From Bacteroidota bacterium (lineage in GTDB: Bacteria > Bacteroidota > Bacteroidia > JAADEI01 > JALVCQ01): a stretch of DNA of 33,142 nt. How positions within the stretch are numbered: position 1 is the stretch's first letter; each line of letters opens with the position of its first letter. The stretch covers positions 1-33,142 of the forward strand of contig JALVCQ010000084.1 in NCBI GenBank assembly GCA_027009805.1, read 5' to 3'. The notes under the pieces are model-generated. The model saw only the letters and a list, made by a program, of their open reading frames with translations, did no database searches and had not been told where the DNA came from. The translations under genes were made by a program, and so were the position numbers. Shown piece by piece: positions 24,969 through 33,142 of this stretch.

Positions 24969-25385
24969 ATGGGCAAGCGAAAAAGCTGGCGTGAAAAACG
25001 CGATACAGCCCGACCGCCGCAGGTGAAGGTGCTGGACAAGCCCTTTGCCGGCATGCAGGCGGGGCAGAAGATGCTTATTCCTTCGCCGTCGCAAATCGAC
25101 GCGTATCTGCGCGCCATTCCGCTGGGTGAAAGTCGAGACGTGCCCACGATGCGCCGTGAACTGGCGGCCCGAAGCGGCGCCGATGTGACCTGCCCGGTGA
25201 CCACCGGCATTTTCCTGCGTATTCTGGCCGAAGCCGCATGGGAAGAGATGCAGCAAGGCAAACCCGTCACCGAAGTCACCCCGGTCTGGCGTGTCCTGGA
25301 TGCCCGGGCACCCTTGTGGAAAAAGGTCAGCTTCGACCCTGCGCCCTTCCTCGAACAGCGCACGAAGGAAGGCTTGCCGGCTTGA
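24969..25385 (+). CDS. MGMT/ATL-like DNA-binding protein lacking the PCHR cysteine
   Basis: IDAYLRAIPLGE...RRELA HTH-like segment, and TPVWRVL at the position of the PCHRV motif. Confidence 0.55.
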   Translation: MGKRKSWREKRDTARPPQVKVLDKPFAGMQAGQKMLIPSPSQIDAYLRAIPLGESRDVPTMRRELAARSGADVTCPVTTGIFLRILAEAAWEEMQQGKPVTEVTPVWRVLDARAPLWKKVSFDPAPFLEQRTKEGLPA

Positions 25386-25485
25386 ATCCGCCCCTTGGAA
25401 TCCACCGGCAAACGCCCGCGCCGAAGACGCCGGACGGCCTCCAAAAGCGGAAAGACCATATTTGCACCCCCTGTAAACAGTGACC

Positions 25486-27834
25486 ATGGCATCACGTAAA
25501 AGTTCGCAAAAACAGCGCGCCGTAATCATCGTCGAATCGCCCACCAAAGCCCGAACCCTCGGAAAGATTCTGGGCAAACAGTATGACATCCGTTCGTCGT
25601 ATGGGCATGTCCGGGACCTCGACCCCAAAAAATTCTCGGTGGATATCGACAAAGGGTTTGAACCGCATTACACCGTCTTGCCGGAAAAAAAACAGGTGAT
25701 TGCCGACCTGAAAAAAGCCACCCGCAAGGCTGATGCCGTCTATCTGGCTACGGATGAAGACCGGGAAGGGGAAGCCATCTCATGGCACCTGAAAGAGGTG
25801 CTCGGCCTCGATGAGGAGACGGCCCGCCGCATCGCATTTCACGAGATTACGCCGCGGGCCGTTAAGGCGGCCCTGAAAACCCCCCGCAGCATTAACATGG
25901 ATCTGGTGTATGCCCAGCAAGCCCGCCGCATTCTGGATCGCATCATCGGCTATCAGCTTTCGCCTATTCTGTGGCGCAAGCTGCGGATGAAAAACCTCTC
26001 GGCGGGACGGGTCCAATCGGTGGCGTTACGCCTGACGGTGGAACGGGAAGAAGAGATCGCCCGCTTTCAGGCCGAACGCTATTTTGACGTGCGGGTCGTT
26101 TTTACACCGCCGATGGAAGACCATCCCTTTGCGGCCCGCCTTCCGGAACGGGTGGATGAGGACGCGGCCCGACGCCAGCTGGCCCTTTATCCGCAGGCCG
26201 CCTTCAAAGTGGCGGAAAAAGAAACCAAACGCGTGCGCCGGAATCCCCCCGCGCCCTTCATCACGTCCACCCTCCAGCAGGAAGCCCACCAAAAACTCGG
26301 CATTCCGGTGGCGCAGGTCATGCGCATGGCCCAACAACTCTATGAAGAGGGCTACATCACCTACATGCGAACCGACTCCACCCATCTGGCCCCCGAAGCC
26401 ATTGAAGACATCAACCGCTATATCGTGCATCAATGGGGCAAGAAATACGCCCAACCCCGACAATACACGGCAAAGAACAAGCTGGCGCAGGAAGCCCATG
26501 AAGCCATCCGCCCCACCGATATTCGTCGGACCGAAGTGCCCGGCGACCCCGCCGTCCAGCGCCTTTATGCACTCATCTGGAAGCGCACGGTGGCCGGGCA
26601 GATGGCCGCCGCCGAGTTCGACCGAACCACCCTTAAAATCACCGCCGACAATGTGGCTGAATTGATGCCTCTGCAAGCCACGGGCAAGGTGATGATCTTT
26701 GACGGGTTCCTTAAAGTCTATCAGCCGTCGCAGCGGGAGGATGAGACGGATGAAAAGGCTGACCTCCCCGCCGTGGAAGCAGGGCAGCCCCTGCGTTGGC
26801 TCGAAGCGGTGGCCAAAGAGAAAATGACCCGCCCGCCCTATCGATATTCCGAAGCTTCGCTGGTGCGAAAACTCGAAGAGCTGGGCATCGGCCGCCCTTC
26901 CACCTACGCGCCCACCATTGCCACCCTGTTGCGGCGGGAATACGTCCGAAAGCAACACATCCCCGCCGTCCGTCACAAAGTCCGCATCCTGCATGCCCGT
27001 CCCGACGGCGGCATGGAAGAACAGACAGTGGAAGAACCCTACGGCGGCGAGAAAAACAAACTGGTGCCCAGTGACGTGGGCAAGGCGGTGGTGAATTTCC
27101 TCACCGAGCACTTTCCTGAAATCATGGACTATCGCTTTACCGCCGAAGTGGAAGATGAATTGGATGCCATTGCAGCAGGCAAGAAAAGATGGCGGGACCT
27201 GTTGAAAGCCTTCTATACCGAGTTTCAACCCCAGTGGGAGTCGGCCCAGAAAATCGAAGCCGTGAAGATCGAACGGGAAATGGGCCGCCACCCCGACACC
27301 GGCGAACCCATCTATTTGAAATACGGCCCCTACGGCCCCTATATTCAACTGGGAGAAGGCGGTGAAGGCCGTCCCAAGCCGCGGTTTGTATCGCTGCCCA
27401 AAAACGCCTCCATCGACGACATCACCCTCGAAGAGGTCTTGCGCCTGATCGCTTTTCCCCGAAACCTCGGCACCCTGGAAGGACATCCCGTGGAAGTGCA
27501 CATCGGCCCTTACGGGCCCTATCTGAAATGGAATGGCAAAAACTATCGCCTTCCCAAGACCTATGACCCCGCCGCCCTCCAACTGTCGGCGGCCGAGGCC
27601 GTCATTAAAAACGCCGGCAAACGATCGGAACGCAATAAAGTCATTCATCAGTGGGCGCACGAAAAGGGAACCGTGGAAGTGCGTCAGGGACCTTACGGCC
27701 CCTATATCCGGGCGATGGGGAAAAACTATAAGCTGCCCGAAGGAGAAGACCCCCAAAAACTCACCCTCCAACGCACTTTGGAACTGATTCAGCAGATAAA
27801 ACCTTCTCGTGGTAGGCGCCGACGAAAAAAATAA
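25486..27834 (+). CDS. topA: DNA topoisomerase I (type IA)
   Basis: IVESPTKA TOPRIM, ATDEDREGE, SAGRVQS, GYITYMRTDS catalytic Tyr, AHEAIRPT, GIGRPSTYA, three GPYGPY C-terminal repeats, basic tail. Confidence 0.98.
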   Translation: MASRKSSQKQRAVIIVESPTKARTLGKILGKQYDIRSSYGHVRDLDPKKFSVDIDKGFEPHYTVLPEKKQVIADLKKATRKADAVYLATDEDREGEAISWHLKEVLGLDEETARRIAFHEITPRAVKAALKTPRSINMDLVYAQQARRILDRIIGYQLSPILWRKLRMKNLSAGRVQSVALRLTVEREEEIARFQAERYFDVRVVFTPPMEDHPFAARLPERVDEDAARRQLALYPQAAFKVAEKETKRVRRNPPAPFITSTLQQEAHQKLGIPVAQVMRMAQQLYEEGYITYMRTDSTHLAPEAIEDINRYIVHQWGKKYAQPRQYTAKNKLAQEAHEAIRPTDIRRTEVPGDPAVQRLYALIWKRTVAGQMAAAEFDRTTLKITADNVAELMPLQATGKVMIFDGFLKVYQPSQREDETDEKADLPAVEAGQPLRWLEAVAKEKMTRPPYRYSEASLVRKLEELGIGRPSTYAPTIATLLRREYVRKQHIPAVRHKVRILHARPDGGMEEQTVEEPYGGEKNKLVPSDVGKAVVNFLTEHFPEIMDYRFTAEVEDELDAIAAGKKRWRDLLKAFYTEFQPQWESAQKIEAVKIEREMGRHPDTGEPIYLKYGPYGPYIQLGEGGEGRPKPRFVSLPKNASIDDITLEEVLRLIAFPRNLGTLEGHPVEVHIGPYGPYLKWNGKNYRLPKTYDPAALQLSAAEAVIKNAGKRSERNKVIHQWAHEKGTVEVRQGPYGPYIRAMGKNYKLPEGEDPQKLTLQRTLELIQQIKPSRGRRRRKK

Positions 27835-27839
27835 GGAGT

Positions 27840-28748
27840 GTGTCCTCGCCCGAATCGTTGGATATTGAATATGTGGCTTCGCTGTTGAAGCTAAGTTCGG
27901 ACGCCAGCCCGAGGGTTTACCGCCCCGTCAATCAGCATCTGGACGACCTGGGCATCGACCTGTTGCCCTTTTTGAAGGAAATATTTTATCGTGACCCCGA
28001 GCTGGCGCCGGTGGCCCGCCGATGGTGGGGGCGCCTGATAATGGCCGACCTCAAAGCCGACCTCCGCCGCTGGCAAACCGAACAGGGGGAAGACCTGCTC
28101 ACGGGCATCACCCTGATGACCCAGGCGGCTTATCCCGAGATTTCCCGAGACGACCTGCATCGGGACGTCTTCCAGCAAATCCTGCGGGTGTGGATGGAAG
28201 CCAAAAGCTACTATTCCCTGAAAGAGCTCATTCAGTCCATCAACCACACCCTTTTTCAAGTCGAAGGATATCAGGGTAATGATGAAGATTTTTACGCCCC
28301 GGAAAACTTTTTCCTGCACTGGCTGCTGGCTCATCGCCGCGGCAGCCCGCTCACCCTATCCATCCTCTATATCCTGATAGGGCAACGGCTGGGCGTGCCG
28401 GTGTTCGGCGTCAACCTGCCCTACCATTTTGTGGTGGCGGTCATGGAAAACGCCCCGCCGCGGCCGGGCGGATTTCCCGCAGCGGACCCGCCGCCCTTCC
28501 CACAGCCCGATGAGAAAGTGGCTTTCTATATCAACACTTATCGGAAAGGGGCGGTCTTCTTTCATCATCAGCTCAAAGACTTTCTGGTCCAGATCGGCCA
28601 TGAACCCCGACCGGAATATTTCCAGCCGTGCACCAACACCCCGATCGTCACCCGCATGGCCCGTAATCTGGAAGTGGCTTACGAGCGCATCGGCGACGAA
28701 GAAATGGCCGGACGATACCGTGCACTGCGGGAAGTGCTCGATGATTAG
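27840..28748 (+). CDS. SirB1/transglutaminase-like (Transglut_core2) protein
   Basis: GYQGNDEDFYAPENFFL...RRGSPLTLSILY...GVNLPYHF signature. GTG start. Confidence 0.8.
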   Translation: MSSPESLDIEYVASLLKLSSDASPRVYRPVNQHLDDLGIDLLPFLKEIFYRDPELAPVARRWWGRLIMADLKADLRRWQTEQGEDLLTGITLMTQAAYPEISRDDLHRDVFQQILRVWMEAKSYYSLKELIQSINHTLFQVEGYQGNDEDFYAPENFFLHWLLAHRRGSPLTLSILYILIGQRLGVPVFGVNLPYHFVVAVMENAPPRPGGFPAADPPPFPQPDEKVAFYINTYRKGAVFFHHQLKDFLVQIGHEPRPEYFQPCTNTPIVTRMARNLEVAYERIGDEEMAGRYRALREVLDD

Positions 28749-28835
28749 ACGCTTTCCAAAGGCATCTATCATCAAGACCGCTGTCGCCGGTTTGATATTT
28801 TCGCACGGAAATAACGGGCACCTTGTTACGTCATC

Positions 28836-30134
28836 ATGATGCATGAAATAGGCACGTGGGTCGCCATCGGTGCGGCGGCCGTGGGTTATCTGTTTTTCTT
28901 GTGGGGCGGGCGGCGGTTTACCGATCACCGTTTTTCGTCGTTTCTGACCACCTTGTTGGGAGCGTTGGCCAGCTACGGCGCGTATGTGTGGACGGGCTCG
29001 CTGTGGTGGGCGCCTCTGCCGTTTATCTTCTTCCTCCAACATCGCTTTTTAGGGGCTGCGGCGGCCCTGGCCAGCCATGCCGTGCTGGTGTTGGTCATCG
29101 CGCTTTTTATCCAGATCGATGACCCCACCGGCGCCATGACTTTTTTCGTTGTCTCCTGGCTTTACGGATTGCCCCTGGGAGCCATTCGTCTGGTGGAAAG
29201 CGTTTCTCAATATTTCAAGGTCAGCCTGCTGGCGGGCCTGATTTTCCTCGGCGGATATTTCTTAGGACATCTTATCAGTTCGGCCGATGCCGCGGCTTCG
29301 CTGGTATGGGGCCTGCTGTATGCCGGCGGACAAACCCTTATCTTTCTGGTGGGGTTCTCGTTGTATTTCCTGTATGAAATGAGCGTGGGCAAGGCGTCGC
29401 CGTTGAAACTGATGGAGCTGGGTGATATGAATCATCCGCTGCTTCAGCGTCTCCGTCAGGAAGCCCCGGGCACTTTTCAGCATTCCCTCAACGTGGCCAC
29501 GCTGGCACAGGAAGCCGCCGAAGCCATCGACGCCAACGGCCGACTCGCTTACGTGGGCGCTCTGTTCCACGATGTGGGAAAGCTCAAGCAACCTGAATAT
29601 TTTATCGAAAACTTCATGGGCAGAGAAAATCCGCATCACGCCCTCTCACCCGAAGAATCGGCCCGCATCATTATCGCACACGTGCCCGAAGGTGTGCGGC
29701 TGGCGAAAAAACACGGCCTTCCATCGTGGATCATCGACTTTATCCGCACCCATCACGGCACCTCACGCGTGGAATATTTCTACCGCCAGTTCTTCGAAAA
29801 CACCGGACAAACCAACGACGAACAATTCCGGTATCCCGGACCGCGCCCCCACACCACCGAACAGGCCATCCTGATGCTCGCCGATTCCATCGAAGCGGCA
29901 TCCCGCTCACGCGCCGAATGGACCGACGAAGAAATCCGCCGCCTGGTCAGCAATATCTTCCATCAAAAGCTGGCCGAAGACCAGCTCGAAGACGCCCCTT
30001 TGAGCTTCGCTCAACTGAAAGAATTGCAAAAGGTGATGACCCACCGCTTGCAAGCTATTCTCCATAAGCGAAAAACCGACCCGCCTTCTTCCCAACATCC
30101 CGTCCAGCAATCCCCGGCAACGACATCGCAATGA
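28836..30134 (+). CDS. Membrane HD-domain phosphohydrolase, PgpH/7TM-HD-like (candidate cyclic-di-AMP phosphodiesterase)
   Basis: Multiple TM helices, then HPLLQRL...APGTFQHS, HDVGK, YFIEN, HHGTS, FRYPGPRP, MLADSIEAASR. Confidence 0.85.
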   Translation: MMHEIGTWVAIGAAAVGYLFFLWGGRRFTDHRFSSFLTTLLGALASYGAYVWTGSLWWAPLPFIFFLQHRFLGAAAALASHAVLVLVIALFIQIDDPTGAMTFFVVSWLYGLPLGAIRLVESVSQYFKVSLLAGLIFLGGYFLGHLISSADAAASLVWGLLYAGGQTLIFLVGFSLYFLYEMSVGKASPLKLMELGDMNHPLLQRLRQEAPGTFQHSLNVATLAQEAAEAIDANGRLAYVGALFHDVGKLKQPEYFIENFMGRENPHHALSPEESARIIIAHVPEGVRLAKKHGLPSWIIDFIRTHHGTSRVEYFYRQFFENTGQTNDEQFRYPGPRPHTTEQAILMLADSIEAASRSRAEWTDEEIRRLVSNIFHQKLAEDQLEDAPLSFAQLKELQKVMTHRLQAILHKRKTDPPSSQHPVQQSPATTSQ

Positions 30135-30436
30135 CGGCTGTTATGCGCAAAAAATGGGTGGGACAGCCCCCTGAAGCCATTTGCGAAGACTGGCGCCGCC
30201 GCGGCTTTTCATGCGACGTATGGATCGACCCGCCGGGCCGCTGCTGGGAGGACTTCGTCCATGCCGTGGATGAGCTGGTGACGCCCCTCGACGGCCCGAT
30301 GGAATTTGAAATTGACGGAGAAGTCTATCACCTCGACCCCGGCGATGAAGCATTCATCCCCGCCGGCGCCCTCCATTCCGCCCGAAACCGCTCCCACCAA
30401 ACCGTCCGCTGGCTCTACGGCTACCGCTCTTCCTGA
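30131..30436 (+). CDS. Cupin domain protein
   Basis: H-x3-E (FVHAVDE) and PGDEAFIPAGALHSARN cupin motifs; ATGA overlap with the upstream gene. Confidence 0.88.
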   Translation: MTAVMRKKWVGQPPEAICEDWRRRGFSCDVWIDPPGRCWEDFVHAVDELVTPLDGPMEFEIDGEVYHLDPGDEAFIPAGALHSARNRSHQTVRWLYGYRSS

Positions 30437-30526
30437 ATCCGGAAATAGGGGAAACCACCATGCTATTGCGCATGGGGTGTCCCCATGCAAGGCGATAACG
30501 CGTTGTTCGCTGTTTTGAAAGTTCGT

Positions 30527-30534
30527 TAAATTTG
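30527..30534 (+). promoter_or_regulatory. -7 box (TAAATTTG) for the PKD protein gene
   Basis: Exact TAnnTTTG with TTG 21 nt upstream; ATG 19 nt downstream. Confidence 0.65.
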
Positions 30535-30553
30535 CTGACAGACCGATGATGAG

Positions 30554-33142
30554 ATGACCGCCTTTCGCATACCCTTTCCGGCCCTCATGGGACTGGTGGG
30601 GCTGTGTTTATGGCCTCCCACACCACTCTCCGCCGGCGATCTTCTGGGTAGCGATATGACCTGGCAATGCCTGGGAAATAACCACTATAAGGTCACCCTG
30701 AATATTTACAGGGATTGCACGGGGACGCCTTTGGGCAATACGCCGATGGTGCTTGGCTATCATTGTGCTTCCGACACCAGCCTGTCCGGCGACAGCGCCT
30801 TGTCTTCTACGCCGCTTATTAACGGCATGGATATTACGCCGGTGTGTGATGATACGTGCACGCCGTGCAGTGGAGGGACAAACTGCCTCGGCTATGGAGT
30901 GGAGCTCTATCGATATGAGTTTACCGCCGATGTGACGACGCTCAAAAACGCCGGCTGCTGTATGGTGCGTTTTTACTGGAAGGCTTGTTGTCGGAGCAGC
31001 ACAATAGATAATTTGTACAACCCCGACACGACCGACCTCTATATCTATGGCGAGGTGGATATTTGCGATTCTCCCTGCAACAACAGCCCCACCTATTCCC
31101 TCCTGCCCCTGATGGCCGTGTGTATAGGGCAAGACGTCAGCTATACCCTGGGAGTGGTAGATGGAGACAACGATTCTATTGTGGTCGTTCTGGCCCGGCC
31201 GCTGGAAAACGGCCCCACTAATGGTGATTTGGGAACTGCTTTTCAAACCGTCCCCTATATATCGGGCTATTCGATGAATAAGCCGCTTAAATTCTTGGGC
31301 TGGCCCAATGCCAACTTGCCATTACCTTATGGTTTTCATATCGACCCGAGCACGGGCGAGTTGCAATTTCGGCCTGTCCAACTGGGCGCCTATGTGATCG
31401 TGCTGGAAATCAGAGAATACCGCAATGGCCAACTCGTGGGTCGGATGCGCCGGGATATGGCGGTGAGGCTTGTCGCCTGCCTCTCCCGGACGAGTGTCTG
31501 GCCCCCGGCCCTGAGTGGCATCAATGGAACGAACGGTTTTTTTATTGAAGCATGTGAAGATGAGCAATTGTGTTTCAATATTTACTCCCATGATATGGAT
31601 ACGGCGGATTCGCTGACGCTGTCGTGGAACGCCGCCATTCCGGGGGCGACCTTTGTGGTGACGCCGCCGCCGGTGGCACAGCGGCAAACCATTCAGGGGC
31701 CTACCGGACAGTTCTGTTGGACGCCTCCTGTGGGGACTGCGCGGACCAGCCCCTATCAATTTACGGCCGCCGTGGTGGAACACGGATGCCCTCTGCCGGT
31801 CGTCAAGAGGCGCAACTACTTCATACGCGTGAAACCCAAACCGAGAGCCACCTATACCGTGGACACCCTCGGATGCGCACGGGCGGCTTTTTCGGCCGAA
31901 CTGACCTCAGGGGAAGCCGATTCGTGGCGATGGGACTTCCCCTCGTTGCAACCGCCCCTTCAGGTCTTGCAGAAAAATTTTACGCTCCAATTTGAAACGC
32001 CCGGACAATGGCATTATTTCTATCTGAACGTCATCGACGACGGGTGTACGGCCCAGTATTATGATTCAGTTTTCATCGATACGGCCGCAGCGGTGAGTCT
32101 TACACCCATTGACACCCTTGTGTGTGAAGGCGACACAGTACGATGGAACGCCCGTCTCCGATTTACATCGTCTGCCGCTCATATTGGTTGGTCCACAGGC
32201 GATTCGAATGTAACGTCGGTAACAATGGTGGTGGATACGCCGACGCTTATCAAGGTGACGGTAAGCCATTCAGACGGATGCACGGCATCGGACTCTTCTT
32301 TTGTGGGCGTGAAGGAAGTGCCGCGGGTGGATGTCATCGACACGATTCGGACTTGTGCGGAAGATTCGGCGACGCTGACGGGGCACTACGCGCTTACCGA
32401 AGATTCGGGCCGGGTGATTCAGTGGTTTCAGCACAACACGCTTATTGATACGGGTCTCTCGGTGCGGGTATATGTGCAAGGGCCATACATCCTTCGGGTG
32501 ACGGCGCAGGGCGGGTGTTGGATGGAAGACACGGTGGTGCTTGACAAGATGCCGTCGCTGGACCCGTTATTGCCGGATACGATATGGGCCTGCCCCGAGA
32601 ACCTGGTGTATTTGATGCCTCAGTCGGGGGAAACGGGTAATGCACACTATGTGTGGTATGAGATGTCTTCATCCCATCCGGTGGGTGAGCAGCGTGGACT
32701 ACCAGTGAGTTTGGAGGTCCCGAAGACGTTTATGTTGCATGTGTGGGAGAGGTTCGACAGCATCGATTGCGAGGCGTGGGACACGATTCATGTCAGTCTT
32801 TACCCGGCGCCGGAAATAGACTTCTCCGCCCGCCCGCAGCAAGGCTGCCAGCCGTTGCAGGTGGATTTTGCGAACCTGACGACGATAGCGCAGGGAACGG
32901 TGACGCGTTATGAATGGCAGTTCAGTGACGGTCAGCGGGCTTCGTTGAAGAACGTGCGGAAGACGTTTGATTCGACGGGGAGCTATGACGTGACGTTGAT
33001 AGCGGAGTCGGACCGGGGGTGTGCGGACACGCTGACCCGAGGAGAATACATCGAAGTGTATCCGGTTCCTGAGGCTCGTTTTTCGGCGGTTCCTCGTGTG
33101 ACGACGGTGGTGGCGCCTCGGGTTCGTTTTTTGAACGAGTCG
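30554..33142 (+). CDS. Large secreted Cys-rich PKD/Ig-like domain protein (probable T9SS cargo), 3'-truncated by the window
   Basis: Manual translation is open for 863 codons: MTAFRIPF...LSAGDLLGSDMTWQCLGNNHYKVTLNIYRDC...CCR...NNSP...EYRNG...RRDM, then a PKD motif GCQPLQVDFAN...YEWQFSDG...GSYDVTL. Not in the ORF track because there is no stop in the window. Confidence 0.88.
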   Translation, partial: MTAFRIPFPALMGLVGLCLWPPTPLSAGDLLGSDMTWQCLGNNHYKVTLNIYRDCTGTPLGNTPMVLGYHCASDTSLSGDSALSSTPLINGMDITPVCDDTCTPCSGGTNCLGYGVELYRYEFTADVTTLKNAGCCMVRFYWKACCRSSTIDNLYNPDTTDLYIYGEVDICDSPCNNSPTYSLLPLMAVCIGQDVSYTLGVVDGDNDSIVVVLARPLENGPTNGDLGTAFQTVPYISGYSMNKPLKFLGWPNANLPLPYGFHIDPSTGELQFRPVQLGAYVIVLEIREYRNGQLVGRMRRDMAVRLVACLSRTSVWPPALSGINGTNGFFIEACEDEQLCFNIYSHDMDTADSLTLSWNAAIPGATFVVTPPPVAQRQTIQGPTGQFCWTPPVGTARTSPYQFTAAVVEHGCPLPVVKRRNYFIRVKPKPRATYTVDTLGCARAAFSAELTSGEADSWRWDFPSLQPPLQVLQKNFTLQFETPGQWHYFYLNVIDDGCTAQYYDSVFIDTAAAVSLTPIDTLVCEGDTVRWNARLRFTSSAAHIGWSTGDSNVTSVTMVVDTPTLIKVTVSHSDGCTASDSSFVGVKEVPRVDVIDTIRTCAEDSATLTGHYALTEDSGRVIQWFQHNTLIDTGLSVRVYVQGPYILRVTAQGGCWMEDTVVLDKMPSLDPLLPDTIWACPENLVYLMPQSGETGNAHYVWYEMSSSHPVGEQRGLPVSLEVPKTFMLHVWERFDSIDCEAWDTIHVSLYPAPEIDFSARPQQGCQPLQVDFANLTTIAQGTVTRYEWQFSDGQRASLKNVRKTFDSTGSYDVTLIAESDRGCADTLTRGEYIEVYPVPEARFSAVPRVTTVVAPRVRFLNES

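Noticed and set aside
26026-27771. 581-aa antisense ORF opposite topA (similarly 17388-18638, 23758-24801, 14382-15233)
   Set aside because: Shadow ORFs expected from GC-rich codon bias on the strand opposite well-conserved genes; no recognisable motifs.

Overview
Chromosomal window from a GC-rich Bacteroidota bacterium. The assignment rests on TAnnTTTG/TAnnTTCG -7 promoter boxes, T9SS-related genes, the GNTSYALAA tmRNA tag and rsmA-mgtE adjacency. Most genes are housekeeping: ECF sigma factor, uvrA, 3-hydroxybutyryl-CoA dehydrogenase, S8 peptidase, mnmA, a PorV-like barrel, APC permease, tRNA-fMet, mgtE, rsmA, an asnB-like gene, tmRNA, gpmI, topA, a SirB1-like gene, an HD phosphohydrolase and a cupin. 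A large PKD-domain secreted protein runs off the right edge and is absent from the ORF track. Three elements stand out. (1) A three-gene unit at 12129-17129 encodes a lipoprotein-type cytochrome cd1 nitrite reductase (NirS), a heme-receptor-like TonB-dependent transporter and an alginate-export-family porin, with no heme d1 biosynthesis gene in the window. It is a candidate 'heme d1 scavenging' denitrification module (inference). (2) An AT-rich two-gene islet divergent from tmRNA looks like a RelE-fold toxin with an unusually large all-helical partner. (3) A ~220-bp composite palindromic element rich in GNA mini-hairpins carries an embedded GTAG-type REP. All family calls are by motif recognition; no searches were run.
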